64,000 bases of DNA from an uncultured Gammaproteobacteria bacterium (GCA_964565345.1 CAZMEQ010000004.1:2873-66872); one strand, 5' to 3'; positions 27,682 through 36,893 are shown, counted from the stretch's first letter. Translations and numbers: made by a program. The notes: generated by a model not told the origin, from the letters alone.

Positions 27682-28269
27682 ATGGAAAGATCATTTGTTA
27701 TTATCAAGCCAGATGGAGTCCAACGCGGACTGATGGGTGAAATTATTAAACGTTTTGAACGCACAGGTTTAAAGTTTGTGGCCTTTAAATTTTTAGTCCC
27801 CGAGGCTGATACTTGTTGGAAACATTATAATAAAGATGAAAAATGGTTTTTAGAAAAAGGGACTCGAATTTTATCGGAAAGACAATTAGCTGGTTTACCA
27901 GTTGATAAGGAAGCAATTGAATACGGTAAAGACATTGTTAATCAACTAGTAAAGTTCATGACTAGCGGTCCAGTTTTAGCGATGATTTTAGAAGGCAATC
28001 AAGCCGTTGGTATTGTCAAAAAGCTAGTTGGTGGAACCGAGCCATTAACTTCTGACGTGGGAACGATTCGTGGAGACTTTACTCTTGATTCTTATAGTCT
28101 TTCTGGAACTAGTGGTCGCGCAGTGCGTAATTTAATTCATTGTTCAGATAAACCAGAAGAAGCGGAACGCGAAATTGGACTTTGGTTTAAACCAGAAGAA
28201 ATTGTAAAGTACAATGTGATTCAAGAAAAAGTTTTATATGATGTTAATTTAGACGGAATTTTAGAATAA
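27682..28269 (+). CDS. ndk: nucleoside-diphosphate kinase (long form)
   Basis: FVIIKPDGVQRGLMGEIIKRFE plus the active-site NLIHCSD. Terminator at 28277-28320. Confidence 0.8.
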   Translation: MERSFVIIKPDGVQRGLMGEIIKRFERTGLKFVAFKFLVPEADTCWKHYNKDEKWFLEKGTRILSERQLAGLPVDKEAIEYGKDIVNQLVKFMTSGPVLAMILEGNQAVGIVKKLVGGTEPLTSDVGTIRGDFTLDSYSLSGTSGRAVRNLIHCSDKPEEAEREIGLWFKPEEIVKYNVIQEKVLYDVNLDGILE

Positions 28270-28394
28270 ATTTTAAAAACCTGTCGCACTTCGGCTAGCT
28301 CAGTGTGACAGGTTTTTTTATTGAACATTTTTTGATTTTATTGTAAGCTCTGCTCAGAGTTTCAGGTGGTCATAATCGACAAAGGAGGCCGTTC

Positions 28395-29399
28395 ATGTTA
28401 GATCGCGTGGGTATAGTTGCCAACACTAAGGCGCGTTCAGGTTATCAGGGTTTCGCTCCGATCATGGACGAAATCCACGCGCGTGGCTGGCACGAAACGC
28501 GCGTATTCTACTGCTTGCCAGACTCGGTTTCCAAGCTCTCGCATGATCTTATCGAGCTCGTCGAGGGACACAAGGTTCAGTTGCTCTTTGTTTACGGTGG
28601 AGATGGCACCTTGCACAAGGTGATCGATATCCTCATCTATGAACAGGAGCGTGGACAGATCAAGACTATTCCGCCCATTGTCACCTTGGGTGGAGGGACG
28701 CAGAAGGCGCTGTTCCAGTGGTTGGGCTGGGGCAAGGGGGTCTTCTTGCACGAGCCACCGCTGAAGATCTTCCGTCGTGTCATGGCTGCTTCGTTCGAAC
28801 ACCTTCCGCGACGTAAGATGCGCCCGCTCGCCATCACTTTCCACAATTCTCGCAAAGGGAGAGTGGAAACCCATTACGGGTTCATTTTCATCATGGGTGC
28901 CATGGCGCGCGTCATCCAGCTATACGACGCTGGGGGCAAGTCGCCACTGACAGGTCTCAAGCACATCGGGTTTGGCATTATTGGCTCATTACTGCGAGTG
29001 CCAAGATCTCACGCTGCGTTGACAGATCAGTTTCAGGCAAATCAGTGGGCTGATGATGTCCTCTTGCCACGTCGTGACCCTCTGGCCGTAGTTTGCAGCG
29101 TGACGCACAGTTTGCTTTTCGGCATCGAACCTTTCCGGGGATCAGCCGAGAGCAATCAGTTCTACGCTGCTAGCTACGCTGTGCCAGCTTCGATTCTTTC
29201 CGCTCTCGTACCGGTAGAGTGGCGGGGGACTGTCGTTCCTCCGGGTGATCGATTCTTTAACCAGCCGGTCTTCTCCTTTAGTGTCCAACCGGACCATGAA
29301 GGATCCTTCTTCGTTGATGGGGATTTCTTCTTCAACACGCCGGGCGAGAAGTTGACCGTTAGTCTGGGCCCTGAGCTCGAGCTAGTTTCTCACTTCTAG
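28395..29399 (+). CDS. diacylglycerol/lipid kinase catalytic-domain protein (YegS/LCB5-like), GC-rich
   Basis: VYGGDGTLHKVI matches the DAGK_cat motif. An AAAGGAGG ribosome-binding site is present. Terminator at 29407-29441. Confidence 0.6.
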   Translation: MLDRVGIVANTKARSGYQGFAPIMDEIHARGWHETRVFYCLPDSVSKLSHDLIELVEGHKVQLLFVYGGDGTLHKVIDILIYEQERGQIKTIPPIVTLGGGTQKALFQWLGWGKGVFLHEPPLKIFRRVMAASFEHLPRRKMRPLAITFHNSRKGRVETHYGFIFIMGAMARVIQLYDAGGKSPLTGLKHIGFGIIGSLLRVPRSHAALTDQFQANQWADDVLLPRRDPLAVVCSVTHSLLFGIEPFRGSAESNQFYAASYAVPASILSALVPVEWRGTVVPPGDRFFNQPVFSFSVQPDHEGSFFVDGDFFFNTPGEKLTVSLGPELELVSHF

Positions 29400-29733
29400 T
29401 CATGACTCCTCACTGCGCACCGCGGTGAGGAGATTTTTTTATTAAATTTTTTTTGATATAATTAATATACCAGAGATGCTGGTGCAATTTCGGGTCAACA
29501 TTATTTCTTGGGAATTCTATATTTCATTAGTCCGAGGATTAGTGGTGCGATATCCCACGTGGCGTTCAGCCGGAATAATGACCAGCCTCTGGTTTTTGAT
29601 TTGCGAGCAGGTTCTAAAAGACATACGTTTACCCCGTACCCAGTAATCTGTGGTGCGGGGAAGCAATCAGTAAAACCAGTTTCATAATATAAAAAAATAG
29701 GCCCCCACCGCGTGTGTGCGGTAGGGGCAGGGG

Positions 29734-30369
29734 CTAGGCGCCGAGCGTCATGTTGTGGCGTCGATGCGCGTTCTGGAGGCCGGGCGTCGGTATCCGTGGT
29801 TCTGGACGGCGGGCGGCCTCACGGTCGTCGGGGGCGTTGTTGCCGCGGATCTTGTCCATCCACTCCTGCAGAGTGCAGGGCAAGATGGCGACCTGCTTGG
29901 GCCACTCGACCGGCTCCTTGTCCGGGGCGGGGTTCAGCGGGGTGTCCCGTTGTTCTTCGAGGACAGTCTCCTGGCCGATGAGGGGCAGGTACTGATCCAC
30001 GCGAACGTAGCGGACGACCGGCGATTGGTAGTACCAGCCGATGTCGCTCTGCGGGTCGTACTTGACGACCGGGACTTCGTGTTGGGTCAGCTTGAGGTAC
30101 ATGGTCAGGTAGGGGGGGATCGGATCTCCGTAGTCCACGAACTCGAAGTCCAACAGTTTGTTATTGGCGTCGTAGACGGCCAAGGCGATCGGCGGAGTTG
30201 CAGGCAGGACGTTGATGTCGCCCGCAGTGAACTGCAGCGTGATGTCCGGGGGGAGCTGGGTCTGCGTTGTCTCGGCCTTGGTACTTGTGGCCTGGAAAGC
30301 GAACAGGGCAGCAAAGGACCAGGGGAAGCCGAGCACGAAGATGCCGAGCAAACGAATGAACCGTTTCAT
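29734..30369 (-). CDS. secreted hypothetical protein, GC-rich
   Basis: Start chosen at MKRFIRLLGIFVLG (signal peptide) with a GGAGG ribosome-binding site. The antisense ORF 29755..30414 is rejected. Confidence 0.45.
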   Translation of the reverse strand: MKRFIRLLGIFVLGFPWSFAALFAFQATSTKAETTQTQLPPDITLQFTAGDINVLPATPPIALAVYDANNKLLDFEFVDYGDPIPPYLTMYLKLTQHEVPVVKYDPQSDIGWYYQSPVVRYVRVDQYLPLIGQETVLEEQRDTPLNPAPDKEPVEWPKQVAILPCTLQEWMDKIRGNNAPDDREAARRPEPRIPTPGLQNAHRRHNMTLGA

Positions 30370-30451
30370 GGGTGCCTCCAAAGAGTTATTGTACTCAGGA
30401 CTACAAGAGATTAGCATTTTGGCTAAATTTTGTCAATATTAATTTTATTTT

Positions 30452-31171
30452 ATGATTGCTGCTTTCCCTAAATTTTGCTATTATTTTAGCAATTCAGAAT
30501 ATATGCCATCAAATTTTGTAAAAACTTTTTGGAAGGGTTTAACAACTGGACTTATACTTCAATTAGCCATAGGTCCTGTTTTTATATTTCTTGTTAACTT
30601 AACACTGCAAAAGACATTTTGGCATGGTTTGGTTGCTCTGTGTGCTGTAAATCTAGTAGATTATTTTTATATTTTGGTTGCTATTTTAGGCTTAGGTAAA
30701 ATATTAACTAAACCTCGAGTAAGCACACCTATTGGTATTTTGGGATCAGCGGTGCTAATTTTATTTGGACTAATCACGGTATTTAATGGCTTTAGTAATT
30801 TTTCTGGGCCGACTATGATTATTAGTTCTGATAGTTTTGGATCGAGCTTTATCGCTGCTTTTATAATTACTATTTCCAGTCCTCTTGCAATAGTTTTTTT
30901 TACTGGAGTTTTTGCTGCCAAGGCGATAGAAAATAAATTTACCAAAAAAGAATTATATGTTTTTGGTTTATCAACTGGATTGGCGACATTCTTATTTATG
31001 GGAACAGTAATTGTTTTGGTTTCTTTAATCCGGGGAACACTGCCTATTGTTGTGGTTAGGTTATTAAATGTTGTAGTGGGTATTTTGTTAGTTACTTATG
31101 GGGTAGTGCGATTATATAAATTGTTAAGAAGAAAAGAAGTTGCTATAACATTAAATAGTTCCGGGGATTAG
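30452..31171 (+). CDS. LysE/RhtB-type small multi-TM membrane protein (putative exporter)
   Basis: 6 predicted transmembrane segments. There is an alternative start at 30503. The stop codon lies inside a partial tRNA-Pro copy. Confidence 0.4.
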   Translation: MIAAFPKFCYYFSNSEYMPSNFVKTFWKGLTTGLILQLAIGPVFIFLVNLTLQKTFWHGLVALCAVNLVDYFYILVAILGLGKILTKPRVSTPIGILGSAVLILFGLITVFNGFSNFSGPTMIISSDSFGSSFIAAFIITISSPLAIVFFTGVFAAKAIENKFTKKELYVFGLSTGLATFLFMGTVIVLVSLIRGTLPIVVVRLLNVVVGILLVTYGVVRLYKLLRRKEVAITLNSSGD

Positions 31172-31199
31172 CGCAGTTGGCTTAGCGCGCTACGTTCGG
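31162..31199 (+). repeat. partial duplicate of tRNA-Pro(CGG) 5-prime half (acceptor to anticodon loop, 1-nt indel)
   Basis: CGGGGATTAGCGCAGTTGGCTTAGCGCGCTACGTTCGG matches tRNA positions 1-38. It lies 15 nt upstream of the intact gene. Confidence 0.7.
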
Positions 31200-31213
31200 C
31201 CTGCCCGCCGTGC

Positions 31214-31287
31214 CGGGGATTAGCGCAGTTGGCTAGCGCGCTACGTTCGGGACGTAGAGGTCGCCAGTTCAAGTCTGGTATCCCCGA
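31214..31287 (+). tRNA. tRNA-Pro(CGG)
   Basis: Cloverleaf CGGGGAT-TA-GCGC..GCGC-G-CTACG-TTCGGGA-CGTAG-AGGTC-GCCAG-TTCAAGT-CTGGT-ATCCCCG-A. CCA is not encoded. Confidence 0.8.
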
Positions 31288-31392
31288 CACGTCGACGGCA
31301 GGCGGGGACGCTGAGGTTGTGGGTTCGAGCTTTGTTCAGCAATTGCGACCATAAAGCGGAACCTATTTATTCTTACCCTTGGTATTTAAATT

Positions 31393-32031
31393 ATGACAAT
31401 TTGGGATAAAATTTATAAAGATTTTTTGGGTGGAGGCCAAGCTTGGGCGACTTTATCAGAAGAGATAGATTCGAGGTTTAAAGGTTTTATTAATAAAAAG
31501 ACATTCAAACAAAAAAGTGTTCTTGATATTGGTTGTGGGACAGGTAAGTATTTAAGATTTTTGCAGCAGGCGGGATTTAAAGTTACGGGAATTGATTCAA
31601 GCAAAACAGCAGTAAGCATGTCAAAAGAATCTTTAGGCAATGAAGCTGATATCTTTTGCGTTAGTATGTTCGACTTTGAGATTGCTCCAAATACATTTGA
31701 TTTAATCATTTCTATTTCTACAATACACCATGGGACAAAAGATCAAGTAAAACAGCTTATCGAAAAAGTTTACAGAGCGTTAATTGAAGGAGGAAAAATT
31801 TTCATAACGCTTCCAGATTTTGAGAGTGGCAAAAAATGGCACACTTTTAAAGAGCATCAAGAAATTGCCCCCGGGACATATGCACCGTTATCGGGTCCAG
31901 AAAAAGGTCTGGCACATAGTTTTTACACAAAAGTGGAAGTCGAACAGTTGTTTGCAAGTTTTTCTGAGGTTATGCTTGAACTGGATGAAAAAGGGCGGTG
32001 GTTTGTAACCGCTGTAAAATCGTGTAGCTAA
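31393..32031 (+). CDS. class I SAM-dependent methyltransferase
   Basis: VLDIGCGTGKY is SAM-binding motif I. Confidence 0.7.
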   Translation: MTIWDKIYKDFLGGGQAWATLSEEIDSRFKGFINKKTFKQKSVLDIGCGTGKYLRFLQQAGFKVTGIDSSKTAVSMSKESLGNEADIFCVSMFDFEIAPNTFDLIISISTIHHGTKDQVKQLIEKVYRALIEGGKIFITLPDFESGKKWHTFKEHQEIAPGTYAPLSGPEKGLAHSFYTKVEVEQLFASFSEVMLELDEKGRWFVTAVKSCS

Positions 32032-32068
32032 TAATTTTAAAATTAATCAAACGCCAAAAATAAAAAAT

Positions 32069-32707
32069 ATGGAAATTCTATCTTTCCTTCTGCATATAGA
32101 TAAATATTTAATGGATGTTATTAGTTTTTTTGGAAACTGGACCTATGTTTTGTTGTTTATAGTTATTTTTGCTGAAACAGGATTAGTTGTCACTCCATTT
32201 TTACCAGGCGACTCTCTTCTTTTTGCTGTTGGGACCTTTGCTGGTGGGGGGCTACTTAATTTAGTAACATCGTATTTAACATTATTGGCAGCCGCTATCT
32301 TGGGCGATACTGTTAACTATTGGGTCGGTCATTATATAGGTCCTAAAGTTTTTAAAAATGAAACTTCCAAATTTTTTAAAAAGGAATACTTAAAAAAGAC
32401 GCGCACTTTTTACGATAAATATGGCGGGAAAACTATCATTATCGCTAGATTCTTGCCGATAATTAGAACTTTTGCTCCTTTTGTCGCTGGAGTTGGAAGA
32501 ATGAATTACAGTAAATTCTTTTTGTATAATGTTGTTGGTGGTTTTGTGTGGGTTAGTGCCTTGGTTTTGGCGGGATTCTTTTTGGGTGGGTTACCTTTTA
32601 TTAAAGAAAATTTTGAATATGCGATATTTATCATTATTGTTTTATCATTGTTGCCCGGTTTTGTAGAGTATATTAAATATAAAAAAGGACCAAAAAATAT
32701 AAAATAA
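32069..32707 (+). CDS. DedA-family membrane protein
   Basis: VTPFLPGDSLLFAVG and IARFLPIIRTFAPFVAGV motifs. Confidence 0.75.
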   Translation: MEILSFLLHIDKYLMDVISFFGNWTYVLLFIVIFAETGLVVTPFLPGDSLLFAVGTFAGGGLLNLVTSYLTLLAAAILGDTVNYWVGHYIGPKVFKNETSKFFKKEYLKKTRTFYDKYGGKTIIIARFLPIIRTFAPFVAGVGRMNYSKFFLYNVVGGFVWVSALVLAGFFLGGLPFIKENFEYAIFIIIVLSLLPGFVEYIKYKKGPKNIK

Positions 32708-33709
32708 ATGCAACACGTTTACCACATAGACAAAAATTTTAAAACACTCAACACTCGGTTTGCGATTTTAAAGTTAATCCGTGAATTTTTGTGGCAAGAA
32801 AAGTTTATTGAAATTGAGGCACCCATAATTGTCCGATTGCCGGGCCAAGAGCCAAACATCCAACCGATTCCAGTGATCGTTCAAGATGACAAGAAGAAAA
32901 AGTTTAAAGGATTTTTACATACCTCCCCTGAATATAGCATGAAAAAAATGCTAGCGACTGGTTTTGAGAAAATATTTTATCTCGGTAAATGTTTTCGCGA
33001 CGAGGAAAGCTTTGGGGGAACGCATAATCCAGAGTTCACTATGCTTGAGTGGTACCGCCAGAATGCCAGTTATTTTGATTTAATGAATGATTTGGAAAAT
33101 TTGAGTAAATTCATTAACAAAAAATTAAAATTTAATAACAAAGATATTAATAAAAAATGGGTGCGTTTGACAATGCGCCAGGTTTGGAAAAAATATGTAA
33201 GTGTTGATTTAGATGATTGTTTGGAACAAAAGGCAATGTATACTCTGTGCAAAAAATTATGCTATAAACCGAAAAAAACAGAAGAGTACGAAGAACTTTT
33301 TTATCGAATATTTTTAAATAAGATTGAGCCGTTTATCGGGCAGGACGTTCCGACTATTATTTATGAGTTCCCTAAATGCATGGCTTCCTTATCAAAACAA
33401 ACTAAGGACGGCAAGTACGCGGAACGTTTTGAGTTGTATTATAAAGGAATTGAATTGGCCAATGTTTATACGGAGTTAAATGAGGCTGAGGAACAAAAGT
33501 CACGTTTAGTAAACGAACGTAAAGTCCGGAGTAAAAATGGTAGTTTGGTTTATGATATTGATGAAGAATTTATTGACGCTCTAAGGGCTGGAATCGGGAA
33601 TTGTGCCGGTGGAGCGTTGGGCGTGGATCGACTTGTTATGATCTTTACCATGGACAAAAATATAGATAATGTGCTAGGGTTACCTATGTCAAAGATATTC
33701 AATAAATAA
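32708..33709 (+). CDS. epmA: EF-P--(R)-beta-lysine ligase EpmA (truncated class II LysRS paralog)
   Basis: Class II motifs FRDEES and HNPEFTMLEWY are present. Its ~333 aa length and position directly upstream of efp support the call. Confidence 0.7.
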   Translation: MQHVYHIDKNFKTLNTRFAILKLIREFLWQEKFIEIEAPIIVRLPGQEPNIQPIPVIVQDDKKKKFKGFLHTSPEYSMKKMLATGFEKIFYLGKCFRDEESFGGTHNPEFTMLEWYRQNASYFDLMNDLENLSKFINKKLKFNNKDINKKWVRLTMRQVWKKYVSVDLDDCLEQKAMYTLCKKLCYKPKKTEEYEELFYRIFLNKIEPFIGQDVPTIIYEFPKCMASLSKQTKDGKYAERFELYYKGIELANVYTELNEAEEQKSRLVNERKVRSKNGSLVYDIDEEFIDALRAGIGNCAGGALGVDRLVMIFTMDKNIDNVLGLPMSKIFNK

Positions 33710-33718
33710 TGAAAAAAT

Positions 33719-34291
33719 ATGGCAGGATCAATTTCAGAAGTAAAAAAGGGTTGCGTTATTAAGCATCAAGGAGATCTTTTTTTGGTTACAGATTCTCGTT
33801 TTACTAATCCAGGCAAGGGGTCACCTTTTGTCACGGCAAAAATGAAAAGCATTACTAAGGGTAAAACGATTGAAATGACCTATAAGCCAGTTGATGATAT
33901 CGAGATTGTTGAAGTTCAAAATCAACGTCTTCAATATTTGTATAAAAATGGAACATTTTATTCTTTCATGAATAATGACACCTACGAAACTTATGAACTA
34001 GAGGAGGAACTTGTAGGGGATACAGGGAAGTATTTGAAAGATGGCATGGAAGTTTATGGTGTTATGTACGAAGATCGAGTAATCGCGATTAGCATTGCTC
34101 CAAAGATGCAATATAAAGTGGTGGATGCTCCGCCAGCTGTTAAGGGTGACACCGCTAGCTCTGGCCGATTATTAAAAGAAGTCACTTTAGAAAATGGATT
34201 AATAGTTAAAGCTCCAATTTTTATCAAAACAGGCGAAACAATACTTATCAATACAGATACAGGTGAATATTGCGAAAGAATCAATGAATAA
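33719..34291 (+). CDS. efp: elongation factor P
   Basis: 190 aa. The NPGKGSPFVTAKMK loop carries the modifiable Lys. Terminator at 34296-34330. Confidence 0.85.
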   Translation: MAGSISEVKKGCVIKHQGDLFLVTDSRFTNPGKGSPFVTAKMKSITKGKTIEMTYKPVDDIEIVEVQNQRLQYLYKNGTFYSFMNNDTYETYELEEELVGDTGKYLKDGMEVYGVMYEDRVIAISIAPKMQYKVVDAPPAVKGDTASSGRLLKEVTLENGLIVKAPIFIKTGETILINTDTGEYCERINE

Positions 34292-34429
34292 AGCGAAAAA
34301 CGACCCAAAGTTTCTGGGTCGTTTTGATTTCAGCTCGCATTGAAATTATCGCCGAAGTATGATACTTTTATGTTCAGAATAGTATCGATTTAGGACTTGC
34401 CGCGAAGTCAGGCAAGGCCTGTACTTCGC

Positions 34430-34514
34430 GGGCACGTGGTGGAATTGGTATACACGTACGTTTCAGAAGCGTATGGGGAAACCCATGAGAGTTCAAATCT
34501 CTCCGCGCCCACCA
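34430..34514 (+). tRNA. tRNA-Leu(CAG), long variable arm, CCA encoded
   Basis: GGGCACG-TG-GTG-GAATTGGTATA-CAC-G-TACGT-TTCAGAA-GCGTA-TGGGGAAACCCAT-GAGAG-TTCAAAT-CTCTC-CGCGCCC-ACCA. There is one A5·C68 mismatch in the acceptor stem. The tRNA lies inside the spurious 5' extension of track ORF 34397..35215. Confidence 0.7.
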
Positions 34515-34621
34515 TTCTTCTCCACCGTTGGCGGATTCGAATGGCGAGCCATAAAATTAACCTTTTGTTTCTTTACTTTCTTACTTTCTTGTTTCTTTGT
34601 TTAATTGTTTGTTTATTCTTT

Positions 34622-35215
34622 ATGTATACGGAATTCGAAGCGACAATTTTAGACATCAAAAAAGATGATTTAAGAAAGCGCTTAAAAAAAGTCGGCGCTA
34701 AATTAATTTATAAAGAAAGATTAATGCGTCGTTATATTTTTGCGCCCTTTCAAGGCGGGGAGATACATGGTAAATGGATACGCATCCGTGACGAGGGGGA
34801 TAAAATAACCATGAGTATCAAAATCGTTTCTGGTAAAAAAATATCAGATCAAAAAGAAATCTGTTTGCAGGTTGATAGTTTTGAAGAAGGCTATGATTTT
34901 TTAAAACAACTTGGCTTGAAGCAAAAGGCTTATCAAGAAACTAAGCGCGAGCTTTGGACCTTTGGCGGCACAGAGATAACGATTGATACCTGGCCGGGTT
35001 TAGAGCCGTTTATGGAAGTGGAAGGTAAAAATGAGAAAAGCGTTAAAATGGTGGTCAAAAAGCTGGGCTATGATTATTCTAAGGCTGTTTTTGGAGCTGT
35101 AGATTTAATTTATAATATAAAATTGGGAATTCCCATGGATGTAATTAATAATAAAACTCCATTGTTATCTTTTAAAAATCCAGTTAAAAAATATGTTAAG
35201 AAAAAAACAAAATAA
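34622..35215 (+). CDS. CYTH-domain protein (class IV adenylate cyclase / triphosphatase-like)
   Basis: The start MYTEFEATILDI fits CYTH N-termini (EiE.Kf). Everything upstream in this frame is tRNA or pyrimidine repeat. Confidence 0.55.
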   Translation: MYTEFEATILDIKKDDLRKRLKKVGAKLIYKERLMRRYIFAPFQGGEIHGKWIRIRDEGDKITMSIKIVSGKKISDQKEICLQVDSFEEGYDFLKQLGLKQKAYQETKRELWTFGGTEITIDTWPGLEPFMEVEGKNEKSVKMVVKKLGYDYSKAVFGAVDLIYNIKLGIPMDVINNKTPLLSFKNPVKKYVKKKTK

Positions 35216-35810
35216 TTTAAAGCAAATTGCGAATTTTATTTATGAAAGTGGCGTTCTTAGCAAGATGCCCCGTTCTGGGCTTTGGTTTTTAGGTACTGGT
35301 CGACAAAGTGTTGCAGAACACAGCTTAAGAGTAACTTATATTGGTTATGCACTGGCTTCCATGACACCTAAGGTAAATTTGGAAAGAGTAGTTTTAATGT
35401 GTTTGTTCCATGATTTAGCCGAGGGGCGGACTTCTGATTTGAATTACGTCCACCAAAAATATGGAAAATTAGCCGAAGCACAGGCTTTTGCGGATATTGC
35501 TCAAGCGGTTCCTTTTGGTGATAAAATACTCGGATATTTTACAGAATTTGAAGAACGCAAATCCATCGAGGCTAAATTGACCAAGGATGCAGATCAGTTG
35601 GAATGGATTGCTACTTTAAGAGATGAGGAAACAAAAGGAAATATTAAGGCTAAGGCCTGGTCTAAGTTAGCTTATGAAAGATTAAAAACCCCAGCTGGCC
35701 AAAAACTCGGTAAAATTTTGCTAAGTACCCATCCAGATGATTGGTGGTTTAGTGCCAAAGACGCCTGGTTTGTGGATCGTAAACAAAAAGATCAAAAATG
35801 GAAAAAATAA
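35193..35810 (+). CDS. HD-domain phosphohydrolase (YfbR-like)
   Basis: Contains LFHDLAEGRTSD...DADQLE. Confidence 0.65.
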   Translation: MLRKKQNNLKQIANFIYESGVLSKMPRSGLWFLGTGRQSVAEHSLRVTYIGYALASMTPKVNLERVVLMCLFHDLAEGRTSDLNYVHQKYGKLAEAQAFADIAQAVPFGDKILGYFTEFEERKSIEAKLTKDADQLEWIATLRDEETKGNIKAKAWSKLAYERLKTPAGQKLGKILLSTHPDDWWFSAKDAWFVDRKQKDQKWKK

Positions 35811-35811
35811 T

Positions 35812-36621
35812 ATGGCGAAAAGAAAAACATTAGGTTTAGCATTGGGTAGTGGTGGACCAAAAGGTTTAATTCATGTTGGGGTCATTAAGGAATTAGTTAA
35901 AAATAAAATTCCCATCGATTTTATTGCTGGTACGAGTGTGGGTGCTTGGGTCGGGGCGCATTATGCCTTAAATCAAGACATTCAATTATTGGAGGAATTG
36001 ACAGTTCAGCGTCGTTTAAGTAAGTTAGTTGCATTAATTGACCCTACTTTTAAGGGAGGTTTTGTTGGAGGCGAGAAAGTAAAAAAACTTTTAGGGAGCT
36101 GGCTGGATAATAAAAAATTTGCGGAAACAAAAATCCCTTTTCGCTGTGTCGCAACAGATATTGTCTCTGGAAAGGAAAAAATTTTTTCCCAAGGGTTGAT
36201 AGTTCCAGCCGTACAAGCAAGTATGGCCATTCCTTCTCTTTTTCGTCCGGTCCAAATACAAGGGAAATTTTACGTTGATGGCGGAATTATTGATCCAGTG
36301 CCTGATGAGGTGGTCAGAGCCATGGGTGCTGATGTGGTTTTGTCTGTGAATCTTGATAATTGCAAAACGAAAAAAGGTTTTTCAATAAAAAATATTACGT
36401 CAATAACTAACGTGGCTGGTCGTTCCGTAGAGATTATGCGTCACTATTTGGCGGAGTTTGGCACGGTTAGTTCAGACTTTATTATTCAACCGCAAATGAA
36501 AGATCACGAACCACTTATTTGGAAGGATTACTTTTTAGGAAAATATGGTCCAGAGTTAGTAAAGACGGGTGAGAAAGAAACTCGTAAGTTGATTAGCTCC
36601 TTGAAGAGTGTCTTGAAATAG
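35812..36621 (+). CDS. patatin-like phospholipase
   Basis: GSGGPKG is the oxyanion motif. GTSVG is the GxSxG nucleophile. Start set at MAKRKTLGLALG. Confidence 0.7.
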   Translation: MAKRKTLGLALGSGGPKGLIHVGVIKELVKNKIPIDFIAGTSVGAWVGAHYALNQDIQLLEELTVQRRLSKLVALIDPTFKGGFVGGEKVKKLLGSWLDNKKFAETKIPFRCVATDIVSGKEKIFSQGLIVPAVQASMAIPSLFRPVQIQGKFYVDGGIIDPVPDEVVRAMGADVVLSVNLDNCKTKKGFSIKNITSITNVAGRSVEIMRHYLAEFGTVSSDFIIQPQMKDHEPLIWKDYFLGKYGPELVKTGEKETRKLISSLKSVLK

Positions 36622-36643
36622 AAAATTCTGAAAATTTTTTTGT

Positions 36644-36717
36644 CGGGCTATAGCGCAGTTGGCTAGCGCGCATGCATGGGGTGCATGAGGTCGCGAGTTC
36701 GAGTCTCGCTAGCCCGA
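36644..36717 (+). tRNA. tRNA-Pro(GGG)
   Basis: CGGGCTA-TA-GCGC..GCGC-G-CATGC-ATGGGGT-GCATG-AGGTC-GCGAG-TTCGAGT-CTCGC-TAGCCCG-A. CCA is not encoded. Confidence 0.8.
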
Positions 36718-36866
36718 CAGAAAAATCTTCAATTTACTGTAAGGGGTCCAGCTTGCCCCGCACTTTCGCTGAATGCGGATAGTGCGGGGAGATCGTGAGT
36801 TAAATCTTGTCTAATAGACTATAAGAGTGCGAAGTTCTAATAGCCCCCCCCAAAAAAAAATGTAAA

Positions 36867-36893
36867 CCACGCAGATAAAAGGCGTGTTTTTTT
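36867..36893 (+). terminator. hairpin CACGC...GCGTG + T7
   Basis: Seen directly. Confidence 0.5.

Noticed and set aside
29450-29700. A possible small RNA in the 330-nt intergenic region upstream of the secreted-protein gene.
   Set aside because: It has only weak and irregular pairing, no promoter and terminator pair, and no repeats.
31288-31392. A second tRNA after tRNA-Pro(CGG), based on GGTTGTGGGTTCGAGC.
   Set aside because: The T-arm-like GTTCGAGC has no complementary stem or acceptor pairing. At most it is a tRNA remnant.
34397-34621. N-terminal 75 aa of the track ORF 34397..35215 (TTG start).
   Set aside because: The frame runs through a complete tRNA-Leu gene and a pyrimidine repeat. 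The CYTH domain begins at the ATG at 34622.
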